Assembly: GCA_035687245.1 (NCBI GenBank)
Contig: DASRYH010000019.1
Coordinates: 11,733-75,732 of the forward strand
Direction: 5' to 3'
Source: Coriobacteriia bacterium
GTDB taxonomy: Bacteria > Actinomycetota > Coriobacteriia > Anaerosomatales > PHET01
DNA length: 64,000 bases
Shown: positions 16,995 through 26,110 of the stretch, piece after piece
Position numbering within the stretch: the first letter of the stretch is position 1
Layout of the letters: every line of letters begins with the position of its first letter
Position numbers and translations under genes: made by a program
The notes under the pieces: generated by a model
Seen by the model: the letters and a program-made list of their open reading frames with translations, nothing else
Told to the model about the DNA's origin: nothing
The model's database searches: none

Positions 16995-18801
16995 TCGCCT
17001 CTGCCTTCAGGAAGCGGTTCATGATGGCCATGCGCTCGTCTTCGGGCAGGAACGGGTACTGGTCGTCGAGCGAGCAGGAGACGAAGGTGCCGTCGTCCTG
17101 TCGGCGCGAGACGATCTTGGGGCACTTCTCCTGCTCGAAGTTGACCTTCACCTCGACGAGGAAGGGGCCGTCGGTCTCCATGATCTCGGTGAGACCAGCG
17201 TCGATGTCGTCGTTGGATGCGAAGCAGCGGTAGGTGAGCCCGTAGGCTTCGGCCAGCGGTTCAAACTCGGGGTTGTAGACGCCCGACTCTTCGTGGCAGC
17301 CCACGAAGCGGCCTTCGAAGAAGGTCTTCTGTGTGGCGCGGATGGACTCGTAGCCGCCGTTGTTGATGACGAAGATCTTGATGTTGAGGTTGTGCTTGCC
17401 GATCGTCAGCAGCTCTTGGATGTTGAGCGCGATGCTGCCGTCGCCGGTAACGAGCACCGTGCGCTTGCCACCTTGGGCTGCGCAGGCACCGATGACCGCG
17501 GGCAGGTCCCAGCCCATGGCGCCGTAGCCATAGTTCGTGATGATGCGCTGGTCGGGCTTGACGATGAACGAGTGGTGTACCGAGACCGCATCCGACGCGT
17601 TGCCGGTGAGGACGACCTCGCCGGGCTGCATCTGCTCGGAGATTCGGTAGGCGAGCACGTAGGTGTTCGCGTGCTCGGTGTCCTCGAAGTAGTCCTCAGT
17701 CAGCAGCGGGTAGCTGCGCTTCCATTCGGCGGTCGCCGCGAGCCACTCGGGATCGATCTTGAGGTCGAGCGTGGGGTAGTCCTCAACGAAGTGCTTCATG
17801 AACCACTTCACGTCTGCGACCACGCCCAGGTCCACCGGGAAGTGCGGCTTGGCGAGCTCCTGGGCATCGATGTTGATCATCACGCGCTTGGCCTGCGGCG
17901 CGAAGCCCTTGGTGTCCCAGCCCACCGCGGTGACCGCCATACTGGCGCCCACGCACACGAGCAGGTCGGCGTTTTGCAGCGTGAAGTTCGCGCGGCGCTG
18001 GCCCGTCGGCCCGAAGCGGCCCATGTAGAGCGGGTGCTCCTCGGGTAGCAGATCCATGCCGCCCATCTGGCAGACCACAGGGCAGCCGAGGTGCTCGACA
18101 AAGGCCCTGAACTCCTCTTCGGCGCCGGCGAGGTGGATGGCGTTGCCGGTCACGATGAGCGGGCGCTCGGCCTGCTTCATCATCTCCATGACCTTCTCGA
18201 TGCCACGCGGATCGCCCGCGTGCTGCTCGTCCTCGATTTCGTCGCCGAAGAGGAACTCGTGGGCGCGCGTCTCGTCCATCTCCAGAGCCTGGATGTCGAG
18301 GGGGATGTTGAGCCACACGGGACCCGGGCGGCCAGAGGTCGCAATCTTGATCGCGCGCTCGAGTTCGAGCGCGATGTCGTCTTCGGCAGTCAGCGTCGTG
18401 GCGTACTTCACCACCGGTTCGACCATCGGGATGATGTTGACTTCCTGCGGACCGATCTGGCGGTGCTTCGAGTAGTCCGCGATGAGTGCGGTGCGCACCT
18501 GACCGGAGATGACGAGCACGGGCACAGAGTCGACCCACGCGCCGGCGATCGCCGAAAGGGCGTTGGTGCTTCCGGGGCCGGTGGTGACCAGGCAGACGCC
18601 CAGGTCGCCGGTCACGCGCGAGTAGCCTTCGGCAGAGATCGCGCAGGCCTGCTCGTGGAAGTTGCACCAGTACTTGATGTTCTCGTTTCGACCCAGTGCA
18701 TCGACGAGGTACATGATGCCGCCGCCGGTGACGGTGAAGACGTCCTTCACGCCGCGCTTAGCGAGATGTTCAAAGATGTAGTCGGCGACGAGCACGGTCA
18801 C
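16987..18801 (-). CDS. thiamine-diphosphate-dependent enzyme of the acetolactate-synthase/YerE-like family
   Basis: 604 aa. N-terminal Pyr domain (VTGGGIMYLVDAL, TTGPGSTNALSAIAGAWVDSVPVLVISGQ). C-terminal ThDP/Mg motif VTGDGSIALNIQELLT...FVINNGGY (GDG-X-NN). The genomic context is sugar biosynthesis, not ilv genes. Confidence 0.85.
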   Translation of the reverse strand: MTVLVADYIFEHLAKRGVKDVFTVTGGGIMYLVDALGRNENIKYWCNFHEQACAISAEGYSRVTGDLGVCLVTTGPGSTNALSAIAGAWVDSVPVLVISGQVRTALIADYSKHRQIGPQEVNIIPMVEPVVKYATTLTAEDDIALELERAIKIATSGRPGPVWLNIPLDIQALEMDETRAHEFLFGDEIEDEQHAGDPRGIEKVMEMMKQAERPLIVTGNAIHLAGAEEEFRAFVEHLGCPVVCQMGGMDLLPEEHPLYMGRFGPTGQRRANFTLQNADLLVCVGASMAVTAVGWDTKGFAPQAKRVMINIDAQELAKPHFPVDLGVVADVKWFMKHFVEDYPTLDLKIDPEWLAATAEWKRSYPLLTEDYFEDTEHANTYVLAYRISEQMQPGEVVLTGNASDAVSVHHSFIVKPDQRIITNYGYGAMGWDLPAVIGACAAQGGKRTVLVTGDGSIALNIQELLTIGKHNLNIKIFVINNGGYESIRATQKTFFEGRFVGCHEESGVYNPEFEPLAEAYGLTYRCFASNDDIDAGLTEIMETDGPFLVEVKVNFEQEKCPKIVSRRQDDGTFVSCSLDDQYPFLPEDERMAIMNRFLKAEASE

Positions 18802-19865
18802 GCCTCACTTCCGGTTCGGTTTGCATTGCGGTGCCACTCGGCGGTCCGGCCAATGCCGTCCTCGAGCGAGATGATGGGGGAGAGCCCGAGCTCATCCCGA
18901 GCGCGGGTGATGTCGGGCACGTAGCGAGCAGGCAGGGCGCCGGGAACCGGCGTCTGAGCCACCTCGATGTGAGCGTCGGGACACAGGACTCGCGAGACGG
19001 TCTCTGCGAGTTCGAGAATCGAGAGGTCTTGGTCGCTGCCCGTGTTGTAGGCCTGGCCAGGCCTACCCTTGAGCAGAATCGTCCAGAGCCATAGAGCAAG
19101 GTCGGCTGCGTAGAGGTAGGACCGGCGGGGAGTCCCGTCGCCGCCGATGGTGATCGTGTTGCCGGCCAGAGCGTCGCGGATGAAGTTGCCTACCGCGTAG
19201 CCTGCGTTGATGTCGAGATAGGGGCCTACGAAGCTGAAGAGGCGGGCGATGGTGGTCTCGATCCCCGTCTCAAGGTGCGCAGCCGAGCACAGAAACTCCG
19301 CCGCGCGCTTGCCATGGCCGTAGGCGGCTTTCGCGTTGTCGGCGAGCGGGGCGAAGACGTCGGTCTCGCTCACGTGGTCGCAGGTGAGCGGCTGCGTGCC
19401 GTAGATCGCGCCGGAGCTCGTGTAGAGGAACTTGCCTACACCAGCCGACTCGGCAAAGCGCAGCATGTGTCGCGTGCCGTCCACGGCGGTGTCGAACTCG
19501 AGCGTAGGCTTCGCATGCGCGACCACCTGGTTCGTCTCCGTCGCCATGTGCAGCGCGTGCGTGAACTCGCCTTCCGGAGACTCGAAGTTCAAGACGTCAC
19601 CGGCGAGCATCGTGATGGGGCGGGCGGTCGCCAGATGCGGGTGACGCGCGGCCAACCTGCCCGGATCGCGAGAGAGCACGACTGCCTCCACGCCCAGGTC
19701 GAGTTTGGCGTCGGCCCAGATGAGGCTTTCGAGCATCCAGCGACCTACAAAGCCCGTGCCGCCGGTGATGAAGATCCGCGCACCCTCGAGCTCGCCGAAG
19801 AGCTCGCCACCATGCTCGAGGATGTGATCGAGGTCAGCGTGGAGTGGATTTGCCCACTCAGCCAC
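18798..19865 (-). CDS. NAD-dependent epimerase/dehydratase-family protein (candidate keto-sugar reductase)
   Basis: IFITGGTGFVGRW Rossmann motif and YGHGKRAAE (YxxxK). I chose the GTG at 19865 (GAGGTG RBS 5 nt upstream; 8-nt overlap with ddhC). The ORF-track ATG at 19910 is the alternative. Confidence 0.7.
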   Translation of the reverse strand: MAEWANPLHADLDHILEHGGELFGELEGARIFITGGTGFVGRWMLESLIWADAKLDLGVEAVVLSRDPGRLAARHPHLATARPITMLAGDVLNFESPEGEFTHALHMATETNQVVAHAKPTLEFDTAVDGTRHMLRFAESAGVGKFLYTSSGAIYGTQPLTCDHVSETDVFAPLADNAKAAYGHGKRAAEFLCSAAHLETGIETTIARLFSFVGPYLDINAGYAVGNFIRDALAGNTITIGGDGTPRRSYLYAADLALWLWTILLKGRPGQAYNTGSDQDLSILELAETVSRVLCPDAHIEVAQTPVPGALPARYVPDITRARDELGLSPIISLEDGIGRTAEWHRNANRTGSEA

Positions 19866-21213
19866 GGCACACCTCAAGGACCACTTCGGCCATGCATTCG
19901 AGCATTGCATCGGTCATGCCGGGGTAGACGCCCACCCAGAACGCATCGTTCATGATGCGATCGGTGTTGGTCAGCTCGCCCACGATACGGAAGCCTTCGC
20001 TGGCCGCGCGCATCCGGTCGAACGCAGGCTGGCGGGTCATGTTGCCCGCGAAGAGCATGCGCGTCTGGACCTTGTTGGCCTCGAGTGCAGCCACGATCGC
20101 GTCGCGCGAGAGCGCCTTGCCGCTGCCGGTCCGCGCACCCTCGCGCACGGTCATGAGGTAGCCGAACCACGACGGGTCCGCACCTTCGGTAGCGACAGGC
20201 ATGATCAGCTTGTCCTCCACCGGCGCAAGTAGCTCGCGCAGCTTGCGGTAGTTCGCGCGACGGGCTTCGGTGAAGCTCGGCAGCTTCTGGAGCTGTGCGA
20301 CGCCGACGGCTGCCTGCATGTCGGTGGCCTTCAGGTTGAAGCCGAACTCGTTGTACGTGTACTTGTGGTCGTAGCCGAAAGGAAGGGTGCCCAGCTGCTG
20401 CCCGAAGCGGTTGCCGCAGACGTTGTCGACGCCCGAGGGGCAGATGCAGGCACGACCCCAGTCGCGCATGGAGAGCATGATGCGGTTGAGCGTAGCGTCA
20501 GAGGTGTAGACCGCGCCGCCTTCGCCCATCGTCATGTGGTGTGGCGGGTAGAAGCTCGAAGTCCCGATGTCGCCGAAGGTGCCGGTCTTGCCGCCCTTGT
20601 ACTCGCCGCCGAGAGCGTCGCAGTTGTCCTCGATGAGCCACAGGTCGTTGGCGTTGCAGAAGGCACGCACGGTGTCGATGTCGAACGGGTTACCCAGCGT
20701 GTGGGCGAGCATGACTGCCTTGGTCTTAGGCGACAGCGCAGCTTCAAGCTGCGTGACGTCGATGTTGTAGGTGCCCAGCGTGACGTCCACGAAGACCGGT
20801 ACGGCGCCGTACTGAACGATCGGCGCGACGGTGGTGGGAAAGCCCGCCGCTACCGTGATGACCTCATCGCCCGGTGCAACGCGGCGCTTGCCCAGCCGGT
20901 CGCTCGTCAGCGCCCAGAACGCGAGCAGGTTGGCGCTCGAGCCGGAGTTCACGAGCAGCGTGCTGGGCAGGCCCAGGAACTCCGCGAGCCCCTTCTCGAA
21001 CTCCTCAGAGTAGCGGCCGTATGTCAGCCAGAACTCGAGCGAAGAGTCGACGAGGTTCACGAGCTCGGCTTCGTCGAAGACGCGGCCCGCATACGGGATG
21101 CGCGTCTCGCCACGCTCGAAGTCAGGCTTCGCGCCGAACTGGGCTGCGTAGTACTCGCGAACCTTCGCGAGAATCTCGTCGCGAAGCTGGCTGGCGTTGG
21201 GAGAGTCCGTCAT
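19858..21213 (-). CDS. ddhC: CDP-6-deoxy-L-threo-D-glycero-4-hexulose-3-dehydrase (E1; RfbH/DdhC, DegT/DnrJ/EryC1 fold)
   Basis: ORF 19858..21330 trimmed to the ATG at 21213 (MTDSPNASQLRDEILAKVREYY). The E1 hallmark SSFYPPHHMTMGEGG has His where aminotransferases carry the PLP lysine. About 451 aa. Confidence 0.88.
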   Translation of the reverse strand: MTDSPNASQLRDEILAKVREYYAAQFGAKPDFERGETRIPYAGRVFDEAELVNLVDSSLEFWLTYGRYSEEFEKGLAEFLGLPSTLLVNSGSSANLLAFWALTSDRLGKRRVAPGDEVITVAAGFPTTVAPIVQYGAVPVFVDVTLGTYNIDVTQLEAALSPKTKAVMLAHTLGNPFDIDTVRAFCNANDLWLIEDNCDALGGEYKGGKTGTFGDIGTSSFYPPHHMTMGEGGAVYTSDATLNRIMLSMRDWGRACICPSGVDNVCGNRFGQQLGTLPFGYDHKYTYNEFGFNLKATDMQAAVGVAQLQKLPSFTEARRANYRKLRELLAPVEDKLIMPVATEGADPSWFGYLMTVREGARTGSGKALSRDAIVAALEANKVQTRMLFAGNMTRQPAFDRMRAASEGFRIVGELTNTDRIMNDAFWVGVYPGMTDAMLECMAEVVLEVCRG

Positions 21214-21238
21214 CGAGCAGAAGTCCTTTCGTGGAAAG

Positions 21239-22375
21239 CTAGCGGGTCCATGCCACGCCCGCTGCCGTAGCGGCAGCGACGTAGGCGGAGATGTCGTCGT
21301 TGGTGGCGGTTTCGGCATCGCGCACGCCATGGTAGGTGTCGCGGTACCAGCCGACGGTGCGGCTCAAGGCCTCGTGCACGTCGAACGCAGGGCGCCAACC
21401 GAGCAGGTCAGCGGCCTTCGAGTAGTCGAGTTTCAGAAAGCGTGCTTCGTGAACGGCGGGCGCTGTCAGCTGCGGTGTAGACCAGCCGCCGTCGCCCCAG
21501 CAGCCGATGACAGTCTCGACCACTTCGGCAACCGTGATATTGCCCGCCGGCGAGGGACCGAAGTTCCAGGCACCGTCGAACGGGTGCGTCTCGTCGCCGT
21601 CTGTGAACTGGCTCGCGGCCAGCCACAGGTAGCCGGAGAGCGGCTCGAGCACGTGCTGCCACGGGCGTACCGCTCCGGGATTGCGCACGCCGATCTCGTC
21701 GCCCTCGGAGAGCGCGCGGATGCAGTCTGGGATGATGCGGTCGAGCGCCCAGTCACCGCCGCCGATGACGTTGCCGGCACGCGCCGAAGAGACGCTCGCG
21801 GTGCTGCCGGAGCCGTAGAACGAGCGGCGGTAGGCGGCGGTCACGAGCTCGGCGCAGCCCTTCGACGACGAGTAGGGGTCGTAGCCGCCCATCGGGTCGT
21901 TCTCGCGGTAGGCGTACTCCCACTCGTTGTTCTCGTAGCACTTGTCGCTCGTGACGTTGAGCACCACGCGCACCGACGCGACCGAGCGCGCAGCCTCAAG
22001 AACGTGGACGGTGCCCATCACGTTGGTGGCGTAGGTTTCGACCGGCTCGTCGTAAGACAGGCGCACGAGCGGCTGCGCGGCAAGGTGCATGACGATCTCG
22101 GGCCGCGCGGCAACCATGACCTCGCGAAGGTGGTCGAGGTCGCGCACGTCGCCGATGTGGTGATCGATTCGAGATGCGAGGCCCAGCTGCTCAAAGAGGC
22201 TGGGGTCGGTCGGCGGCTCGAGCGAGTAGCCGGTCACTTCCGCGCCCAGAGAGAGAAGCCACGTGACGAGCCACGAGCCCTTGAAGCCGGTGTGGCCGGT
22301 CACGAAGACGCGGCGACCCTCGTAGACTCCGCCGAACAGCGGGGCGGACGGCATGCCCGTCACCATACCTTCCAA
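21239..22375 (-). CDS. ddhB: CDP-glucose 4,6-dehydratase
   Basis: RRVFVTGHTGFKGSWLVTWLLSLGAEVTGYSL, YSSSKGCAE (YxxxK) and RPWQHVLEPLSGYL are present. Start is one of 22375, 22366 or 22354. Confidence 0.9.
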   Translation of the reverse strand: MEGMVTGMPSAPLFGGVYEGRRVFVTGHTGFKGSWLVTWLLSLGAEVTGYSLEPPTDPSLFEQLGLASRIDHHIGDVRDLDHLREVMVAARPEIVMHLAAQPLVRLSYDEPVETYATNVMGTVHVLEAARSVASVRVVLNVTSDKCYENNEWEYAYRENDPMGGYDPYSSSKGCAELVTAAYRRSFYGSGSTASVSSARAGNVIGGGDWALDRIIPDCIRALSEGDEIGVRNPGAVRPWQHVLEPLSGYLWLAASQFTDGDETHPFDGAWNFGPSPAGNITVAEVVETVIGCWGDGGWSTPQLTAPAVHEARFLKLDYSKAADLLGWRPAFDVHEALSRTVGWYRDTYHGVRDAETATNDDISAYVAAATAAGVAWTR

Positions 22376-23130
22376 GGTGCCTTGCCCGAGTTCCAGAGGT
22401 CCTCGAGGTAGCGCTTGTCGCGCAGGGTATCCATCGGCTGCCAGAAGTCAGCGTGCCGAAACGCCACGAGCTGACCCTCTTCGGCAGCCGAAGAGAGGGG
22501 ATGGCCCTCGAAGATGGTGCTATCGGCCTCGATGCGGTCGAAGATCGCCGGCTCGAGCACGAAGAAGCCGCCGTTGATCCAGTCATCGTCGCCACGCGGC
22601 TTCTCACGGAAGCAGTCGATGCCGCCCTGGTCGTTGAGCTCGAGCGCGCCGAAGCGGCCGAGCGGCTGGACTGCGGTGAGCGTGGCTTCCTTGCCGTGGC
22701 TCTTGTGGAATGCGAGCAGCTCGGAGACGTCAACGTTTGAGACGCCGTCGCCATAGGTCAGCATGAACGTCTCGTTGCCCACATGCTCCTGAACGCGCTT
22801 GAGGCGACCGCCGGTCATCGTCGCGTCGCCTGTATCGACAACGGTCACACGCCACGGCGGATTATCGTCCTGGTGGACTTCGGTCTCATGGGTGCGCATG
22901 TCGAAGGTGACGTCGCAGTTGTGCAACCAGAAGTTGTGGAAGTACTCCTTGATCATGTAGGCCTTGTAGCCCGCGCAGATCACGAAGTCGTTGAAGCCGT
23001 AGTGGCTATAGATCTTCATGATGTGCCACAGGATCGGTCGCTCGCCGATCTCGGCCATCGGCTTGGGACGCAGACCCGTCTCTTCAGACAGGCGCGTGCC
23101 GAGACCACCTGCGAGTATGACCACCTTCAT
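22360..23130 (-). CDS. ddhA: glucose-1-phosphate cytidylyltransferase
   Basis: ORF 22360..23217 trimmed to the ATG at 23130 (MKVVILAGGLGTRLSEETGLRPKPMAEIGERPILWHIMKIYSHYGFNDFVICAGYK). 256 aa. Confidence 0.9.
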   Translation of the reverse strand: MKVVILAGGLGTRLSEETGLRPKPMAEIGERPILWHIMKIYSHYGFNDFVICAGYKAYMIKEYFHNFWLHNCDVTFDMRTHETEVHQDDNPPWRVTVVDTGDATMTGGRLKRVQEHVGNETFMLTYGDGVSNVDVSELLAFHKSHGKEATLTAVQPLGRFGALELNDQGGIDCFREKPRGDDDWINGGFFVLEPAIFDRIEADSTIFEGHPLSSAAEEGQLVAFRHADFWQPMDTLRDKRYLEDLWNSGKAPWKVW

Positions 23131-23302
23131 CCGGACACCCCCTGGGAGCGCTTCGCTACGACAGATGGCGAGCAGGCAAAATAGCCCCCCGCCGAATTGA
23201 CTCGTGGGAACCCGCAAAGTATATCAGGCAATAGCGGCCAGAGGCGGGGAGGCGGAGTGCGTTACGAAGCCGTCACGGGCCGAATGGCACGCCCGTTGTG
23301 GA

Positions 23303-24466
23303 CTAGTAGTCGATATCCGTGAATCCAGCCGACTGAACGCGAGCGAGCAGCGCCGAATCCGCCAGCACATCGGCGATCTTGGCGGCAGCGTGACCGTCCC
23401 CGTAGGGGTTGGACGCGGTAGCGGCCACTTCCCGGTGGAGTGGGGAGGTCGCGTGCCGGATGGCCGCCGCGATGCTGTCGCGATCTGCTTGCGCGTGCAC
23501 CACCGCGGCTGGGCGCAGCCGCCCTGACTGGCGGTGACCGATGTCGATGCTCGGTACACCAAGGGCGGGGACCTCGATCAGTCCGCTCGAGGAGTTGCCC
23601 ACGACCGCCGCGCAGTTCTTGGTCGCCGAAAGGTAGCCACGCCACCCGAGCACGGTCACCAAGTCGGCCCGTGCGGCATTCGCTTCAACCCACGACTCGA
23701 TTGCGCTTCGCACGGCGCGCCCGCCGGCATCCAGGTTGGGCGCCGTGAACAGGACGCGGAACTCAGGCACCGCATCGAGAGCCGCCAGCAGCTCGTAGAG
23801 CTCACCGAGAGACTCGCCGCCGCGCGTGACTGGGTGGAAGGTGACCAGCAGCGTACTGCCGTCGCACACCACGCCGTGTACCGACTCGAACTCGTCTTCA
23901 TCGAGCAGCTCCGTGCCGCGGACGTTGTCGACGGCCAGCGCGCCGGTGTTGAAGACGCCGATCGCCGGCTCGCCCATCTGCACGATGCGCTTGCGGTAGA
24001 CCTCGGTAGAGGCGAAGTGCAGTGTCGAGAGCTTGGTGATGGCGTGTCGGAACGCATCGTCGAGCGAGCCGAAGGTCAGCTCGCCGCCGTGAATGTGAGC
24101 GACGGGGATGTCGAGGATGGTGGCTGCCGAAGCCGCCGCAAACGCCTCGAAGCGGTCTCCGAGGATGACGACGATGTCGGGGGATGCTACGTCGAGCGCG
24201 TCGGCTATGAGCCGGATGCCTTCGCCCGTCGCGTGCGCGGTGGCAAGCCGGTCGTCGCCTTCGGCAGGCAGCGCGATGCGATGTGCTACCTCAAAGCCGT
24301 CGGCGACGATAGCGTCGACGGTCATGCCCTGCTCGGCCACGAGATGGGAGCCGGTGGCCAATACGTCGAGCTGGAAGCGGTCGTCCTCACGAAGCACGAC
24401 CAGCAGCGGACGCAGCAGGCCGTAGTCGGCGCGTCCTGTAGTGACAACGGTGACCTTCACGCTCAT
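23303..24466 (-). CDS. neuC: hydrolysing NDP-N-acetylhexosamine 2-epimerase (NeuC/LegG family)
   Basis: MSVKVTVVTTGRADYGLLRPLL..., AHIHGGE, and a 387-aa length typical of the NeuC family. 4-nt overlap with the upstream synthase. Confidence 0.85.
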   Translation of the reverse strand: MSVKVTVVTTGRADYGLLRPLLVVLREDDRFQLDVLATGSHLVAEQGMTVDAIVADGFEVAHRIALPAEGDDRLATAHATGEGIRLIADALDVASPDIVVILGDRFEAFAAASAATILDIPVAHIHGGELTFGSLDDAFRHAITKLSTLHFASTEVYRKRIVQMGEPAIGVFNTGALAVDNVRGTELLDEDEFESVHGVVCDGSTLLVTFHPVTRGGESLGELYELLAALDAVPEFRVLFTAPNLDAGGRAVRSAIESWVEANAARADLVTVLGWRGYLSATKNCAAVVGNSSSGLIEVPALGVPSIDIGHRQSGRLRPAAVVHAQADRDSIAAAIRHATSPLHREVAATASNPYGDGHAAAKIADVLADSALLARVQSAGFTDIDY

Positions 24467-25467
24467 AGCTCGATCATCTCATCGGGGGCGAAGGCGCGTG
24501 GGGCCTGCTGGCCTATGACGGAGTCCCACAGCATCGGGCTCAGCCCCGTACCCGGCCTCTTGGTGGTGAGGTTGGCCTCGGTGAACGTCTCGCCTTTGGC
24601 GATTCCGGCGGCCGCAACGATGCTCTTGCGCACGAGCGGCATGTTGCGCGACTCAGTGGGCGTGGGCACCTTGTGGCCGTCGCCGAGAGCGACCGAGACG
24701 TTTCTTACCGCTGTGACCAGCGAGGCGAGCTCATCGGGCTCGACGCTCGCGGCGTGGTCGGGGCCGGGTAGCGAGCGGTCGAGCGTGAAGTGCTTCTCGA
24801 CCACCGTCGCGCCCAGTGCGGCCGCAGCGACCGATACTTCGATGCCACGCGTGTGGTCGGAGTAGCCGATCTCGATGCCGAAGCGATCGCGGATCTCCGC
24901 CATCGCAAGCAGGTTCACTTCGTCGAAGGGCGTGGGGTACTCGGTGGTGCAGTGCAAGACCGTGATTCGGGATCGCTCCAGCCCGGCGGCTTCGAGGGCC
25001 TCGATGGCCGCGGCGATCTCGTCCAGCGTCGCCATGCCCGTAGAAAGCAAGACGCTCTCGGCGCACGCAGCGATCTCTCGCAGCATCGGCAGGTTCGTGA
25101 TCTCGCCCGAGGCGATTTTGAACTCGCGGGCGCCGAGCGAGGCGAGCAGGCGCACGCTGGGGATGTCAAAGGGCGAGGAGAGGAAGGCGATTCCGCGGTC
25201 GGCACACGCTGCGAGCAGGCGCTCATGCGAGGGTGCATCGAGCTGCAGCGCCCTGAGCATCTCGAGCTGGGAGCCGTCACCTGTCTGGGTCTTCTGGTAG
25301 TCGGCCTTCTGCGCGGCAGGTGAGACGAGCGCCTCAGGCACGAAGCTTTGGAACTTGATCGCGTCTGCGCCCGCGTCAGCGGCCGCGTCAACCATCGCAA
25401 GCGCGCGGTCAGGCGAACCGTTGTGGTTCACGCCGGCTTCGGCAATGACACGAACCCGCGACATCAT
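24463..25467 (-). CDS. neuB: nonulosonic acid synthase (NeuB/LegI family)
   Basis: ORF 24463..25932 trimmed to the ATG at 25467 (MMSRVRVIAEAGVNHNGSPDRALAMVDAAADAGADAIKFQSF). Also GYSDHT and a C-terminal SAF-like domain. ATGA overlap with the upstream gene. 334 aa. Confidence 0.9.
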   Translation of the reverse strand: MMSRVRVIAEAGVNHNGSPDRALAMVDAAADAGADAIKFQSFVPEALVSPAAQKADYQKTQTGDGSQLEMLRALQLDAPSHERLLAACADRGIAFLSSPFDIPSVRLLASLGAREFKIASGEITNLPMLREIAACAESVLLSTGMATLDEIAAAIEALEAAGLERSRITVLHCTTEYPTPFDEVNLLAMAEIRDRFGIEIGYSDHTRGIEVSVAAAALGATVVEKHFTLDRSLPGPDHAASVEPDELASLVTAVRNVSVALGDGHKVPTPTESRNMPLVRKSIVAAAGIAKGETFTEANLTTKRPGTGLSPMLWDSVIGQQAPRAFAPDEMIEL

Positions 25468-26102
25468 TCGCCTGCCTTGGGGCGGCAGGGATTGCCGAAG
25501 GCGATGGTGCCCGCGTCGATGTCGTCGACAACGACGCTTCCCACGCCGATGACCGCACCAGTGCCTATGCGAGCGCCTTGGATGACCGATGCGCCGGTTC
25601 CCACATGTGCGTCGTCGCCGACGATCACATCCCCGCTCAATGTCGCGCTCGGGGCGATATGCGCAAAGGCGCCGACCATGCAGTCGTGGTCGATCACGGC
25701 GCCGGAGTTGACGATGGCGAAGTCGCCGACTGTGACACCTGGACCCACGACAGCTCCGGCGCCGATGAAGACGCCCGTGCCGAGGGTGGCGTTCGGCGAG
25801 ACATACGCGGTGCGATGCACGACCGTCTCGAAGTGGAAGCTCATCGCACTCGCGCGCTCGACTGCCGCGCGGCGGGCGGTCGTATCGCCGACCGATCCGA
25901 TGCCGAGTACAGCGCGGTAGGTGCCCTCGCAAAACAGGCGCTCGAGGTCGGCGTCGGAACCGATGACCGGGAGGCCGCCCACGGTCTGACCAGGCGTCTG
26001 CTCGCGATCGATCGCTCCGGAAGGCTCGATTCCGGCAGAACGCAGTGCGTCGATGACGCTGTTCGCGTGTCCGCCGGCTCCGATAACGATAAGTCCGCTC
26101 AT
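25464..26102 (-). CDS. hexapeptide-repeat sugar N/O-acetyltransferase (NeuD/LegH/PglD-like)
   Basis: ORF 25464..26378 trimmed to the ATG at 26102 (MSGLIVIGAGGHANSVIDAL...). N-terminal Rossmann-like domain plus a left-handed beta-helix (GVFIGAGAVVGPGVTVGDFAIVNSGAVIDHD). 212 aa. Confidence 0.8.
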   Translation of the reverse strand: MSGLIVIGAGGHANSVIDALRSAGIEPSGAIDREQTPGQTVGGLPVIGSDADLERLFCEGTYRAVLGIGSVGDTTARRAAVERASAMSFHFETVVHRTAYVSPNATLGTGVFIGAGAVVGPGVTVGDFAIVNSGAVIDHDCMVGAFAHIAPSATLSGDVIVGDDAHVGTGASVIQGARIGTGAVIGVGSVVVDDIDAGTIAFGNPCRPKAGE

Positions 26103-26110
26103 CGTCGTGG

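Noticed and set aside
24463-25932. N-terminal extensions of ORF-track ORFs (also 3313..4086, 4945..6222, 25464..26378, 27183..28610, 30463..31827, 43822..45078, 47244..48530, 52463..54355, 59382..60086)
   Set aside because: The extensions overlap the upstream gene and are R/S/P-rich. Internal starts give family-typical N-termini, usually with start/stop overlaps or an RBS, so the genes were trimmed.
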